Of a stretch of DNA of 64,000 nucleotides, positions 19,935-29,131 are shown piece by piece. The first letter of the stretch is position 1, and each line of letters begins with the position of its first letter. The DNA comes from Candidatus Falkowbacteria bacterium. GTDB lineage: Bacteria; Patescibacteriota; Patescibacteriia; Patescibacteriales; GWE2-39-37. Both the position numbers and the translations under genes were made by a program. The stretch is taken from the NCBI GenBank assembly GCA_037137775.1, contig JBAXJQ010000001.1, positions 32,316 through 96,315 on the forward strand. The letters are read 5' to 3'. A model generated the notes under the pieces. It searched no databases. It had not been told where the DNA came from and was given only the letters and a program-made list of their open reading frames with translations.

Positions 19935-20450
19935 ATGCAATTAATTTTTTTATTAATTTTTTTATTTATCGGCTACACCATTATTAAGGCGTGTGCCACA
20001 TTTGCCCCATGGGTGCCAAGTTTTTCACGCGACCTCGATCGAGCTTTGCAATTAGCTGAACTGAAACCGGGTGAACGATTTTATGATCTTGGGTGTGGTA
20101 ATGGTAAGCTAGTTTTTCATGCCGCCAACCATTATTTCGCCGATGCAGTTGGGGTCGAGTTGATGTGGCCATTATTCCTCTGGTGCAAAACAAAACAGTG
20201 GCTTATGCCGAGAACCTCAGCAACGTTTCATTTTGGTGATTTATTTAAACACTCAGTTAAGGATGCTGATGTGGTTTACTTATATGGTTTACCCAATCAC
20301 ATGACCGAAAAAATTACCAATAAATTAAAATCAGAGTTACCTGTCGGCGCGAGAGTTATTTGTTATTGTTTTCCGCTTAAAGATTTAGCGCCAGTGGCAG
20401 TAAGTCGCTCCAGTGAAATTGATTTACCAATTTATATGTATAAATTTTAA
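19935..20450 (+). CDS. Small class I SAM-dependent methyltransferase with an N-terminal TM
   Basis: FYDLGCGNGKL is SAM-binding motif I. The protein is 171 aa and lies inside the polysaccharide cluster. Confidence 0.5.
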   Translation: MQLIFLLIFLFIGYTIIKACATFAPWVPSFSRDLDRALQLAELKPGERFYDLGCGNGKLVFHAANHYFADAVGVELMWPLFLWCKTKQWLMPRTSATFHFGDLFKHSVKDADVVYLYGLPNHMTEKITNKLKSELPVGARVICYCFPLKDLAPVAVSRSSEIDLPIYMYKF

Positions 20451-20453
20451 TGT

Positions 20454-21332
20454 ATGTCTCAATTTCGAATTAGAAAAGCCATTTTGCCCGTTGCTGGTTT
20501 CGGCACGCGTTTTTTACCCGCCACCAAGGCCATGCCTAAAGAGATGTTGCCGATTGTTGACAAACCCGCGATCCAATATTTAGTTGAGGAAGCAGTGGCA
20601 TCGGGCATTGAGGAGATTATTTTTATCACTGGACGAGGCAAGCGAAGCATCGAAGATCATTTCGATTATTCGTTTGAGTTGGAGTACACTTTAGTGGAAA
20701 AAAATAAGACCGATTTACTTAAAGAAGTTAGACGCATTAGTGAGATGGCCAGCTTCGCTTATGTACGCCAGCCTTTGCCGTTGGGAGATGGTCACGCAAT
20801 TTTATGCGCGCGCCATTTAATTGGCAATGAGCCGGTGGCTATAATGTTCGGTGATGATTTAGCCGATGCTCAGGTGCCCGCTTTAAAACAATTAATTGAT
20901 GTTTATGAAAAGTATCAAGTTCCGGTCATTGCTTTAGCACAAGTACCACGTGAAGATGTACATCAGTTTGGAGTAGTGGGTTCGACAAAATTAGATGAAC
21001 GAACCCACGAAATAAATCAATTCGTGGAAAAACCAAAAACCGAGGAAGCACCATCCAATGCCGCAGTGGTTGGAAAATATATTATCACTCCGGAAGTTTT
21101 GGATTACATTGAAGCATCAAAAAACGACAAAGGTGAAATCCGTTTGGCTAACGCATTTGTTCACATGCTTGAAGATAAAAAGCGGTTGATTGGCTACGAA
21201 TATGAAGGAGTACGGCATGATTGTGGCGATAAATTCAGTTTTGTTCGTGCCACGATTGAGCTCGGCTTAAAACATCCTGAAATCGGCCACAAGCTTGATG
21301 CCTATCTCAAACAAAAGTTCGGTCAACATTAA
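20454..21332 (+). CDS. galU: UTP-glucose-1-phosphate uridylyltransferase
   Basis: AILPVAGFGTRFLPATKAMPKEMLPIVDKPAIQY is the canonical GalU N-terminus. Confidence 0.85.
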   Translation: MSQFRIRKAILPVAGFGTRFLPATKAMPKEMLPIVDKPAIQYLVEEAVASGIEEIIFITGRGKRSIEDHFDYSFELEYTLVEKNKTDLLKEVRRISEMASFAYVRQPLPLGDGHAILCARHLIGNEPVAIMFGDDLADAQVPALKQLIDVYEKYQVPVIALAQVPREDVHQFGVVGSTKLDERTHEINQFVEKPKTEEAPSNAAVVGKYIITPEVLDYIEASKNDKGEIRLANAFVHMLEDKKRLIGYEYEGVRHDCGDKFSFVRATIELGLKHPEIGHKLDAYLKQKFGQH

Positions 21333-22702
21333 TTTAAAGCGAGACGGAATAAGCCGTCAACCTGATTAATTGTGCCGGAAACATATAAGGAATCACCCGT
21401 GGGGTTAATCGCTAAGCCGGTGATTTTTTCTGTGGTTAAGAGAGTAATGGTGTTATGCCGATCTCGTTCATCCAACTCTAGGCTGTTTACTTGGTGGGTG
21501 GTGGCATATACAATATAGTTTTTACTAGGATGCCACACAACACTAGTTATTGGCTGACTAATGCGAGTTAACAATCGTTTTTGGTTGTTGGCCGCATCAA
21601 ATAAATAGATTTCATTAGCATTCCAATACAACAGTTGATTTTTGGCTACCCAAACACCATTTAAAAAACCAGCAAGTGATATTGTTTTTACCAAACGGTC
21701 ACTACGGTTTAATAAATAGAGTTTGTTCGCCTTAGAATTAAGAAGCGCGATATAATTTATGGTTATATTGTGTATGGTAAGTGCTAATGCTTCCGGGGTG
21801 GGTAATGTTTCTACGATTTTTCCTGTTCGTTCATCTAAAATACTAATACTAGACCCACCTAATCCAAAAAGACTGATAAAAATTTGATTAGCTTGGTATT
21901 GAACGTCTATAATTTTTTCTTTTTGGTCGCTTGGCAGTTGATATATTATCGATACAGTGCCATTACTTAAATTGTATTCTAATAGTTGATTTTCTTTGAT
22001 ATAAATAATAGTTTGGTTATACCGGCCAAACACGAGCTTGCCGTCATGTTGGCCAATAAAGGCTTCGAGGTTGATCGGCTCTGCGTTGTTGGCAAGGTTA
22101 TACAAGACATTATTAATTAAGACTTTTTTTTGATCGCTTGACCAGGTGATGTTGTCAATCGATGAAGTTGCTACCAGGTTGCCTGGGCCAGTAATTTCAC
22201 GGTTAAGATAATAAACAGAGAGACCGGCAGCAGATTTCAGAGGCATAATTTCCGTGTTGGGTGAGGGTATGATTTGTGCCTGGCTCGTTTCTTCAATTAA
22301 ATTGGCTTGGTCTTTTTTAAATAAAACAATATCTTCAGCAAAAGTAGTTTGACCAGGTTGGATAACTAATTGTTTTTGCCAGGGCCAGTAGCCATCAAGG
22401 GAGAGCGCAATGTTGTAGGTACCAGGTAATAGATTGGTGATTTTTGCAGGAGTGGTTTGATACCGATTCAAGAAACGCAAACGATCGCCGATGGTTTTTT
22501 GCTGCTGGCCATTGATAGAGATGGTTGCACCAGCAGGCGAAGTTTCTAACGCCATTGTTCCGGTTTTAATTAAGATACGGTTGGAAAAATTTAATTGATA
22601 GCCATTAGCATAAATAATCACTAAGGGAGTGATTATAAAAAAAGATAAAATAAAGGTGAGATAGAGCCAGCGTCTAGTGGCGAGGTTCATACGGTTATTC
22701 AA
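21329..22702 (-). CDS. Hypothetical membrane-anchored protein with a PEGA domain and a beta-propeller-like C-terminal region
   Basis: N-terminal TM, then a PEGA-like segment (SPAGATISINGQQ...PGTYNIALSLDGYWPWQ). It overlaps the murA stop, which suggests an operon. Confidence 0.5.
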   Translation of the reverse strand: MNNRMNLATRRWLYLTFILSFFIITPLVIIYANGYQLNFSNRILIKTGTMALETSPAGATISINGQQQKTIGDRLRFLNRYQTTPAKITNLLPGTYNIALSLDGYWPWQKQLVIQPGQTTFAEDIVLFKKDQANLIEETSQAQIIPSPNTEIMPLKSAAGLSVYYLNREITGPGNLVATSSIDNITWSSDQKKVLINNVLYNLANNAEPINLEAFIGQHDGKLVFGRYNQTIIYIKENQLLEYNLSNGTVSIIYQLPSDQKEKIIDVQYQANQIFISLFGLGGSSISILDERTGKIVETLPTPEALALTIHNITINYIALLNSKANKLYLLNRSDRLVKTISLAGFLNGVWVAKNQLLYWNANEIYLFDAANNQKRLLTRISQPITSVVWHPSKNYIVYATTHQVNSLELDERDRHNTITLLTTEKITGLAINPTGDSLYVSGTINQVDGLFRLALN

Positions 22703-23954
22703 CCCGAGTTATATTGGCACCCAGGGTTTTTAACCGGGTGTCAATTTGTTCATAGCCACGATCGATCTGGTAGATATTGTCGATTTCGGTTTTTCCATTA
22801 GCAATTAGACCAGCAATAATCATGCCTATGCCGGCACGCAAATCCGGACTGGTTAATTTATGTCCATAGAGCTCAGTTGGCCCGCTTACCACTACTCGAT
22901 GTGGGTCGCACATAATAATATCGGCGCCCATCTGGGTAAGCATGTCAGTGTACAGCAGGCGACGATCGTAAATAGTTTCATGAATGATGCAACTGCCTGG
23001 GCACTGAGTGGCGAGGACAGTGTAGGGAGATTGCAGATCAGTAGGGAAGCCTGGATATTCATGAGTCTTTATGCCATAGCTACCCGTAAGTTTGCTGGGC
23101 AGGATCTCTAGCCAGTCGGCGCCAGCTTGCCAACGTACCCCTATTTTATGAAAGATGCTTAAAAGCGATTCAACGTGCTCGGGAATGCAATTAGTGATAT
23201 GAAAATGTGAATTGCTGGCCGCTGCAAGAATAGCAAAAGTGCCGGTTTCGATGCGGTCTGGCATGATGGTGATATTGCCGGCTGAAATGGATTTTACCCC
23301 TTCAATTACCATGGTGGGCGTACCAGCACCAGTAATCTTGGCGCCTTGTTGGTTTAAATAGTTGGCTAAAAAAGGGATTTCTGGTTCGCAAGCACAATTT
23401 TTTAAGACAGTCGTGCCTTCGGCTAAAACCGCCGTCATCATCATGGTTTCGGTGGCAGTAACACTAATGGTGGTAAAGAAATAGGTGCACGCTTTAAGTT
23501 TTTTAGCCGCTAAACGGTAAAACCCGTTTTCTTCGGTTAATTCGGCCCCGAATTGAATCAAGCCATCTAAGAAAATATCAATTGGCCGTTTACCTGCACC
23601 AATGACACAACCGCCAGGATGTTGGAAAAAAACCTCACCGGTACGCGCCAAAATTGGTCCGACAAAAACGATTGAGGCCCGGAATTTATTTACAAATTTG
23701 GGATCAAGTTGATTTTTTTTAACTTCGGGTAGATGAATTTTGTACGTGCCATTGGTTTGCTCAATGGTTGCACCGATATCCTGTAAAATATCTAGAGATA
23801 ATTTTACATCTTCAATTTCGGGTAAGTTAGAAATGGTAATGGGTTTGGACGATAATATGACTGCGGGAAGAACTTTAAGGGCAGAGTTTTTAGCGCCCTT
23901 AACTGCGATTTCACCAGCCAATTCATGCTTACCTTCGATAATAATTTTGTTCAT
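22695..23954 (-). CDS. murA: UDP-N-acetylglucosamine 1-carboxyvinyltransferase
   Basis: MNKIIIEGKHELAGEIAVKGAKNSALKVLPA and the active-site Cys context HPGGCVIGAGKRPID identify MurA. Confidence 0.92.
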   Translation of the reverse strand: MNKIIIEGKHELAGEIAVKGAKNSALKVLPAVILSSKPITISNLPEIEDVKLSLDILQDIGATIEQTNGTYKIHLPEVKKNQLDPKFVNKFRASIVFVGPILARTGEVFFQHPGGCVIGAGKRPIDIFLDGLIQFGAELTEENGFYRLAAKKLKACTYFFTTISVTATETMMMTAVLAEGTTVLKNCACEPEIPFLANYLNQQGAKITGAGTPTMVIEGVKSISAGNITIMPDRIETGTFAILAAASNSHFHITNCIPEHVESLLSIFHKIGVRWQAGADWLEILPSKLTGSYGIKTHEYPGFPTDLQSPYTVLATQCPGSCIIHETIYDRRLLYTDMLTQMGADIIMCDPHRVVVSGPTELYGHKLTSPDLRAGIGMIIAGLIANGKTEIDNIYQIDRGYEQIDTRLKTLGANITRVE

Positions 23955-24071
23955 AGGAGTATTGGTTAATATAAATATATTTTATTCTAATTTTAGATTA
24001 AATTCAAGTGTAGTGATTTGCTTATTGCAGTCCGGTCTGCTATGATAAAAGCACTTTGTTAAATTTAAATT

Positions 24072-25352
24072 ATGATGAAACAAGAGCAAAAAAATGGGCT
24101 TTCGGTAATTAAAGTTGGTCTTGGCGTGCTAATTTTATTAGCGCTTTTAGGTGCTACTTTTTGGAGTGGAATGTGGTATAGCCAGTTAACCACTAAGCCA
24201 GGTAATATTTTATCTACAGAACAAAACAAAGAACGGCTCAGTCAAATATTAGGGCAAAAAACCAATGCCGATAAGTCATTGTCAAAAGAGGTTGATTTTA
24301 ATTTATTTTGGGAAGTGTGGAATTTACTTAAAACTGACTATGTCAAGCAAGATACTTTAAATGAAAAGAATTTATTTTACGGCGCAGTTCGTGGTTTAGT
24401 CGCTGCAGCAGGCGATCCTTACACTATTTTTTTAGATCCTAAAGATTCAAAAACTTTCGCCGATGATCTTGCTGGTACCTTTGAGGGTATTGGTGCTGAA
24501 ATTGGCATTAAGAAAGAACAATTAGTTGTTATCGCGCCATTGCCAGAAACTCCAGCCGAAAAAGCTGGCTTACGTGCAGGCGATAAAATTTTAGCTATCG
24601 ACAAGCAGGCAACCATGGGCATAAGCGTGGATGAGGCAGTGAGTAAAATTAGAGGTAAGAAGGGAACCGTGGTAACACTAATTATTAATCGTCCAGGAGA
24701 AGACAAAAATAGAGAAATAAAAATCACGCGCGAAGTGATTATAGTTAAAAGTGTTAAGACCAATTTACGTAAAGACGGAGTGATGGTAATTACGATTACC
24801 AGTTTTAATAGTGATACGGCGTTGTTGTTTGAAAAGGCAGTGCAGGAAGCGGAAAAAACCAAACCCAAGGCAATTATCCTCGATTTGCGTAATAATCCTG
24901 GCGGATATTTAAATACCGCAGTTGAGGTGGCCAGTAATTGGATAGATAGCGGGCCAGTTGTTATTGAACAAGATTCTAAAAAGAACCGCCTGGAATATCC
25001 GGCTGTCGGTTTGGCTCGATTACAAAAATACAAAACCGTAGTTTTAATCAATCAAGGAAGTGCTTCGGCCTCAGAAATTGTCGCCGGAGCCTTGCAGGAC
25101 GACAGTAAGGCCAGGATTATTGGCGCGCAATCATTTGGTAAGGGTTCGGTGCAAACGTTAGAAAAATTATCTGATGGCTCGTCACTTAAAGTAACTATTG
25201 CCCAATGGTTAACGCCTAAGGGTACAAATATTTCCGAGAAGGGCATTACCCCAGATCAAGCAGTTGAGCTAACCGCTGCCGATTATGAAAAAAGCAAGGA
25301 TCCACAAATGGACGCGGCTATAAAATGGTTATTTCCCTTAGGTAAAAAATAA
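24072..25352 (+). CDS. ctpA: Carboxyl-terminal processing protease (S41, tail-specific protease) with a PDZ domain
   Basis: N-terminal TM, PDZ segment GLRAGDKILAID, and S41 motifs LDLRNNPGGYL and GSASASEIVAGALQD. Confidence 0.85.
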   Translation: MMKQEQKNGLSVIKVGLGVLILLALLGATFWSGMWYSQLTTKPGNILSTEQNKERLSQILGQKTNADKSLSKEVDFNLFWEVWNLLKTDYVKQDTLNEKNLFYGAVRGLVAAAGDPYTIFLDPKDSKTFADDLAGTFEGIGAEIGIKKEQLVVIAPLPETPAEKAGLRAGDKILAIDKQATMGISVDEAVSKIRGKKGTVVTLIINRPGEDKNREIKITREVIIVKSVKTNLRKDGVMVITITSFNSDTALLFEKAVQEAEKTKPKAIILDLRNNPGGYLNTAVEVASNWIDSGPVVIEQDSKKNRLEYPAVGLARLQKYKTVVLINQGSASASEIVAGALQDDSKARIIGAQSFGKGSVQTLEKLSDGSSLKVTIAQWLTPKGTNISEKGITPDQAVELTAADYEKSKDPQMDAAIKWLFPLGKK

Positions 25353-25364
25353 TATTTTAAAAAA

Positions 25365-25395
25365 ACCGCCTACACTTCAGTAGGCGGTTTTTTTA
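25365..25395. terminator. Bidirectional rho-independent terminator between ctpA (+) and rpmA (-)
   Basis: The hairpin accgcctac-acttcag-taggcggt is flanked by an A-run upstream and a T-run downstream. Confidence 0.6.
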
Positions 25396-25408
25396 TAGCC
25401 GGGGTAAT

Positions 25409-25687
25409 TTATTCAGTCACCACTTCAACAAAGGTTATCTGGCGGAGTTTATTATTGAAACCAATAATATTCTTTTTGCCGAATTTTACTTTGCCAAGTT
25501 GGGTTGAAAATAAAGTGTCATCTTTGCCAATTTGGACATTCTTGCCGGGGTGAATCTTGGTGCCACGTTGGCGCATGATAATTGCCCCTGGTTTGGCAAT
25601 CTCGCCGGCGTAAAGTTTGACACCAAGGCGTTGACTGTTCGAATCGCGGCCATTCGATGTTGAGCCGCCTGATTTTTTTGTAGACAT
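25409..25687 (-). CDS. rpmA: 50S ribosomal protein L27
   Basis: [29 protein letters not shown]...[16 protein letters not shown] is the canonical L27 sequence. No rplU lies adjacent. Confidence 0.9.
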   Translation of the reverse strand: MSTKKSGGSTSNGRDSNSQRLGVKLYAGEIAKPGAIIMRQRGTKIHPGKNVQIGKDDTLFSTQLGKVKFGKKNIIGFNNKLRQITFVEVVTE

Positions 25688-26280
25688 ACTAGTATTTTGC
25701 CCGCGGCCTCAAAGCCGAATAAGCCAATATTTAATAAATATTATTAAAATAAATAATATCGCGCTTTGCGATACCCTTATTTTTTACCATATGAGCAAAA
25801 GTATGTCAATAAGCGAGGTTTTTATGTAATTATTTTATTCAAAATTTGTAATATAATTATATAATGGCTAGATAATAACCGGCGTAGCGTAAAATTATAA
25901 AAATTTTAATATTAGCCAAAAATTTTGTATAAATCTTAATAAATTGGGAAAAAAATTAATAAACTCCAAATCGATAAAGTATATCTGAAATTGTCTAATA
26001 ATGAGTAAAAGTTAAGCTATTGACATTATCTTTGTAAAATGTTTTAATTATAAATCTTTTTACCATGGTCTAATCTGACCGGAAAGGGGGTGGGTTCTTT
26101 GCAAATTAATTCAACCGACGAGCAGGAGGCTCGTCAAACTCAAACCGGAGATAATCCGGTGTGCCATATTTCAAACCTACATGTGGTCGACAACCAGACT
26201 CGCGTCAGAATCTTTACTGACGCCTGGAAATTTTTTTGGCTCGAGCACAAAAAAAAGGGTGAAAACTAGGGCACTGCCCA

Positions 26281-26337
26281 GGCGGGAGATTTACAATACA
26301 TTTCAATGTACTGTAAATCTCCCGCCTATTTTATTTA
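26281..26337 (+). terminator. Strong rho-independent terminator closing an unassigned plus-strand transcription unit upstream of hrcA
   Basis: GGCGGGAGATTTACA...TGTAAATCTCCCGCC forms a 15-bp stem followed by TATTTTATTT. Confidence 0.6.
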
Positions 26338-26361
26338 ATTTTAACTAAAAATAAAATATTT

Positions 26362-26389
26362 TATAGCACTCTTGACAGGAGAGTGCTAA
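26362..26389. promoter_or_regulatory. CIRCE operator (HrcA binding site) overlapping a TTGACA -35 box
   Basis: aTAGCACTC-ttgacagga-GAGTGCTAA matches the consensus TTAGCACTC-N9-GAGTGCTAA. It lies about 35 nt upstream of hrcA. Confidence 0.8.
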
Positions 26390-26423
26390 TAGCAGTAAAC
26401 TGTTATTACTGCTTAAAGATAAA

Positions 26424-27122
26424 ATGAATATGGAAAAGCGCGGTGAAAAAATCTTACTTGCTTTAATTAAGGAACATATCAAAAGCGGCCAACCGGTCGG
26501 CTCTGAAGTGTTAGTTAATAAATACAAGCTAGGTGTTTCATCTGCAACCGTTCGTAATGAATTGTCAGCTTTAGAGGAGGGCGGGATGATTATGCAACCG
26601 CACACCTCAGCCGGGCGCGTTCCAACTGAGGCAGCCTATAGGTTTTACTTGGAAAAAAACAAAGCCCGGAAATTAACCGATACGGAGGAACAGCAACTTA
26701 ACGCACTCTTAACCGATACGGAGGAACAAAATCTCAAACAATTAGCCAAAACAGTGGCACAGCAAAGTGGCTTGGCAGTTATATGGGCTTTTCATCGACA
26801 TAATTTATATTATACTGGCATTGCTAATTTTTTATCCCAACCAGAATTCAATCAGCCCAATGTAATTTATGATATTTCGGGTATCATCGATCGTATGGAT
26901 GAGGTAATAGACCAGGTCTTTGATGAGATTTCTTTTACCCCAGAGATTTTACTTGGCTCGGCTAATCCGTTTAGTCCAGTATGTGCCACGGTGATTTCAA
27001 AATACCGGCACGGTAACCACACTGGCTTGGTTGGCATACTTGGACCGATGCGGATGTGCTATGAACGTAATCTTGCCATTGTAGAATATTTATCACAAAA
27101 ATTAAATTCACCTATTATATGA
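26424..27122 (+). CDS. hrcA: Heat-inducible transcription repressor HrcA
   Basis: ILLALIKEHIKSGQPVGSEVL...SSATVRNELSALEEGGMIMQPHTSAGRVPTE is the canonical HrcA N-terminal wHTH. A CIRCE element lies upstream. Confidence 0.85.
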   Translation: MNMEKRGEKILLALIKEHIKSGQPVGSEVLVNKYKLGVSSATVRNELSALEEGGMIMQPHTSAGRVPTEAAYRFYLEKNKARKLTDTEEQQLNALLTDTEEQNLKQLAKTVAQQSGLAVIWAFHRHNLYYTGIANFLSQPEFNQPNVIYDISGIIDRMDEVIDQVFDEISFTPEILLGSANPFSPVCATVISKYRHGNHTGLVGILGPMRMCYERNLAIVEYLSQKLNSPII

Positions 27123-27991
27123 CCAATCAGTCTAAAATTGAACATCCGTTAGCCATTGTTGGTGCTTTCATCTTCAACGACCATGATGAGTTGCTCTTAA
27201 TTTCCGCGCCAAAGTGGTTGGATAAATATGTCGTTCCAGGTGGCAAAGTTGAACTTGGCGAAACCATGGAACAGGCAATACGTCGCGAAATTAAAGAAGA
27301 AACTAATCTTGATTTGGAAGATTTAGAATTGATGGGTGTTTCAGAGCGAGTTGATTCTATGTCTGAAAATAATGCCGGAGTTAAGCACATGATTTTGATT
27401 GATTATAAAGCGAGAGTAAAGAAGCCACAGAAATTAAAATTAAATGATGAAGGTACTGAGTTTAAATGGCAAAAAATTGAGGATTGGCAGAACAATGATT
27501 CGGTTTATGCTGGCACGATGGGCAATATTAAAAAATACTTTCTTGACAAACCTGTAGATGAGTGGGAAGCACAATGCAAACGAGCCTTGGCCGATTATCA
27601 GAATTTACTCAAACAAACTACCAAAGAAAAAAATGAATTTATTAAATTCGCGAACGAGCGAATTATTAATGAATTTTTACCAGTGTATGATAATTTAAAA
27701 CTATCTTTGGCACATATCGATGCGGCGGCAGAAAAAAGTAATTGGCTGGTTGGCGTGCAGTATGTTATTAAGCAATTCAGTGAGATTTTATCACGTCATG
27801 GTGTTGAGGAAGTAAAGACCGTTGGTGAAAAATTTGATCACAGCTCGATGGAAGCGATTGAGAATCAAATTACTGATGATGAAAAACAAGACGATGTGGT
27901 GGTTCGTGAAATTAAATCAGGGTACATGTTACATGGCAAGATAATTACGCCAGCGCGAGTAGTGGTTTATCACTACGAAGTAAAGGCTTAG
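27119..27991 (+). CDS. grpE: NUDIX hydrolase domain fused to nucleotide-exchange factor GrpE
   Basis: Residues 1-140 carry a Nudix box (GKVELGETMEQAIRREIKEETNL fits Gx5Ex7REUxEE). Residues 150-290 are a GrpE coiled-coil plus beta-domain (FANERIINEF...GVEEVKTVGEKFDHSSMEAIE...GKIITPARVVV). The ORF is contiguous and overlaps the hrcA stop. Confidence 0.75.
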   Translation: MTNQSKIEHPLAIVGAFIFNDHDELLLISAPKWLDKYVVPGGKVELGETMEQAIRREIKEETNLDLEDLELMGVSERVDSMSENNAGVKHMILIDYKARVKKPQKLKLNDEGTEFKWQKIEDWQNNDSVYAGTMGNIKKYFLDKPVDEWEAQCKRALADYQNLLKQTTKEKNEFIKFANERIINEFLPVYDNLKLSLAHIDAAAEKSNWLVGVQYVIKQFSEILSRHGVEEVKTVGEKFDHSSMEAIENQITDDEKQDDVVVREIKSGYMLHGKIITPARVVVYHYEVKA

Positions 27992-28057
27992 TTATATATT
28001 AATTATTAAGGCCACCCCAGTGCATATTGCAGTAAGGTGGCACAGGGAGAAAACCAT

Positions 28058-28489
28058 ATGGCTCTCATCAAATGGACGCCCCTCCTTGAACCGTTCGAGG
28101 AGATGGACAAAGTGTTTCACGATTTTCTGCCAACAACCAGGCAGATGGGCTCTGGCTTTATGCCGGCCGTGGATATGTATGAAGATAAAGACAATGTGAC
28201 CGTCGAGGCACAGTTGGCTGGTATTGATCCGGATCAGGTTAGTGTCTCGATCGAAAATGATGTTTTGTCAATTAAGGGAGAAGGTGAAAAAAAGAGCGAG
28301 GTTGAAGAAAAAAATTATTATCGTAAAGAAATTCGTCGAGGCAGTTTTTATCGCTCTATTCAATTGCCGACGCATGTTTTGGGTGACAAAGCCAAGGCAA
28401 CGGCCGAAGATGGCGTATTAAAAATATCGATTCCCAAGGCACCAGAAACCAAGCCGAACACTATTAAGATTGAAACCAAGAAAAAATAA
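28058..28489 (+). CDS. Small heat-shock protein, Hsp20/alpha-crystallin family
   Basis: Alpha-crystallin domain (PAVDMYEDKDNVTVEAQLAGIDPDQVSVSIENDVLSIKGE...RSIQLP). The ATG at 28058 is preceded by AGGGAGA. Confidence 0.8.
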   Translation: MALIKWTPLLEPFEEMDKVFHDFLPTTRQMGSGFMPAVDMYEDKDNVTVEAQLAGIDPDQVSVSIENDVLSIKGEGEKKSEVEEKNYYRKEIRRGSFYRSIQLPTHVLGDKAKATAEDGVLKISIPKAPETKPNTIKIETKKK

Positions 28490-28543
28490 TTGTCGGATGA
28501 TACTTGGCCGAATATTCTTCGGTCAAGACTTGAGCCGAAAATT

Positions 28544-29116
28544 ATGCAAATCGAATACGAAGCCACATTTTATCCAATCGACAAAGACGATATCCGCTCA
28601 CGGTTGTTGGCGGTAGGAGCTGAATTGATTCGCTCAGAGTACGTGCAAGAGCGTTCGAATTATACTTTACCCAGTGGCCATGAAATTGCCGGCGGCTGGA
28701 TTCGCGTGCGTAATGAGGGTGATAAAAATACATTAACGTTAAAAGTGGTCGATGGTGAAAAAATTGAGAATCAGCGCGAAATAACCACAGAAGTAAAAGA
28801 TTTTAACGCAACGAAGCAGTTATTAGAGGCAATCGGCTGTAGACACAAAGCAACCCAGACAACCAAACGGGAATTGTGGCGCATCAAGAGTGTGGAGATT
28901 ATGATTGATGAATGGCCCTGGCTTGAGCCGTTTGTGGAAATTGAAGGGCCGTCAGAAATAGCCGTGCGAAATATTGCAGAAAAGCTCGGCTTTGATTACA
29001 AACAAGCTCATTTCGGCGCTGTTGATTCTTTGTATGCCGCTAAATATGGTATTAGCAAAGAACAAATTAACACGACTGAGCAAGTTACGTTTGAAGGTGA
29101 AAATCCATTTAAATAA
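28544..29116 (+). CDS. CYTH-domain protein (class IV adenylyl cyclase / triphosphatase family)
   Basis: The N-terminal MQIEYEATF corresponds to the EIERKF-type start of CYTH. The acidic beta-barrel pattern follows (WIRVRNEGDKNTLTLKV...EIE). Confidence 0.55.
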   Translation: MQIEYEATFYPIDKDDIRSRLLAVGAELIRSEYVQERSNYTLPSGHEIAGGWIRVRNEGDKNTLTLKVVDGEKIENQREITTEVKDFNATKQLLEAIGCRHKATQTTKRELWRIKSVEIMIDEWPWLEPFVEIEGPSEIAVRNIAEKLGFDYKQAHFGAVDSLYAAKYGISKEQINTTEQVTFEGENPFK

Positions 29117-29131
29117 TAAGTAATTAATTTT

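Noticed and set aside
24419-25051. 210-aa minus-strand ORF
   Set aside because: It lies entirely inside the well-supported ctpA gene on the opposite strand. It is a shadow ORF with no motifs.
26060-26340. Assignment of this region as SRP RNA, tmRNA or 6S RNA
   Set aside because: I could not find the SRP domain IV motif (GGAAGGAAGCAGC-like), the tmRNA tRNA-like ends or a 6S-like central bubble by eye. It is left as an unassigned candidate.
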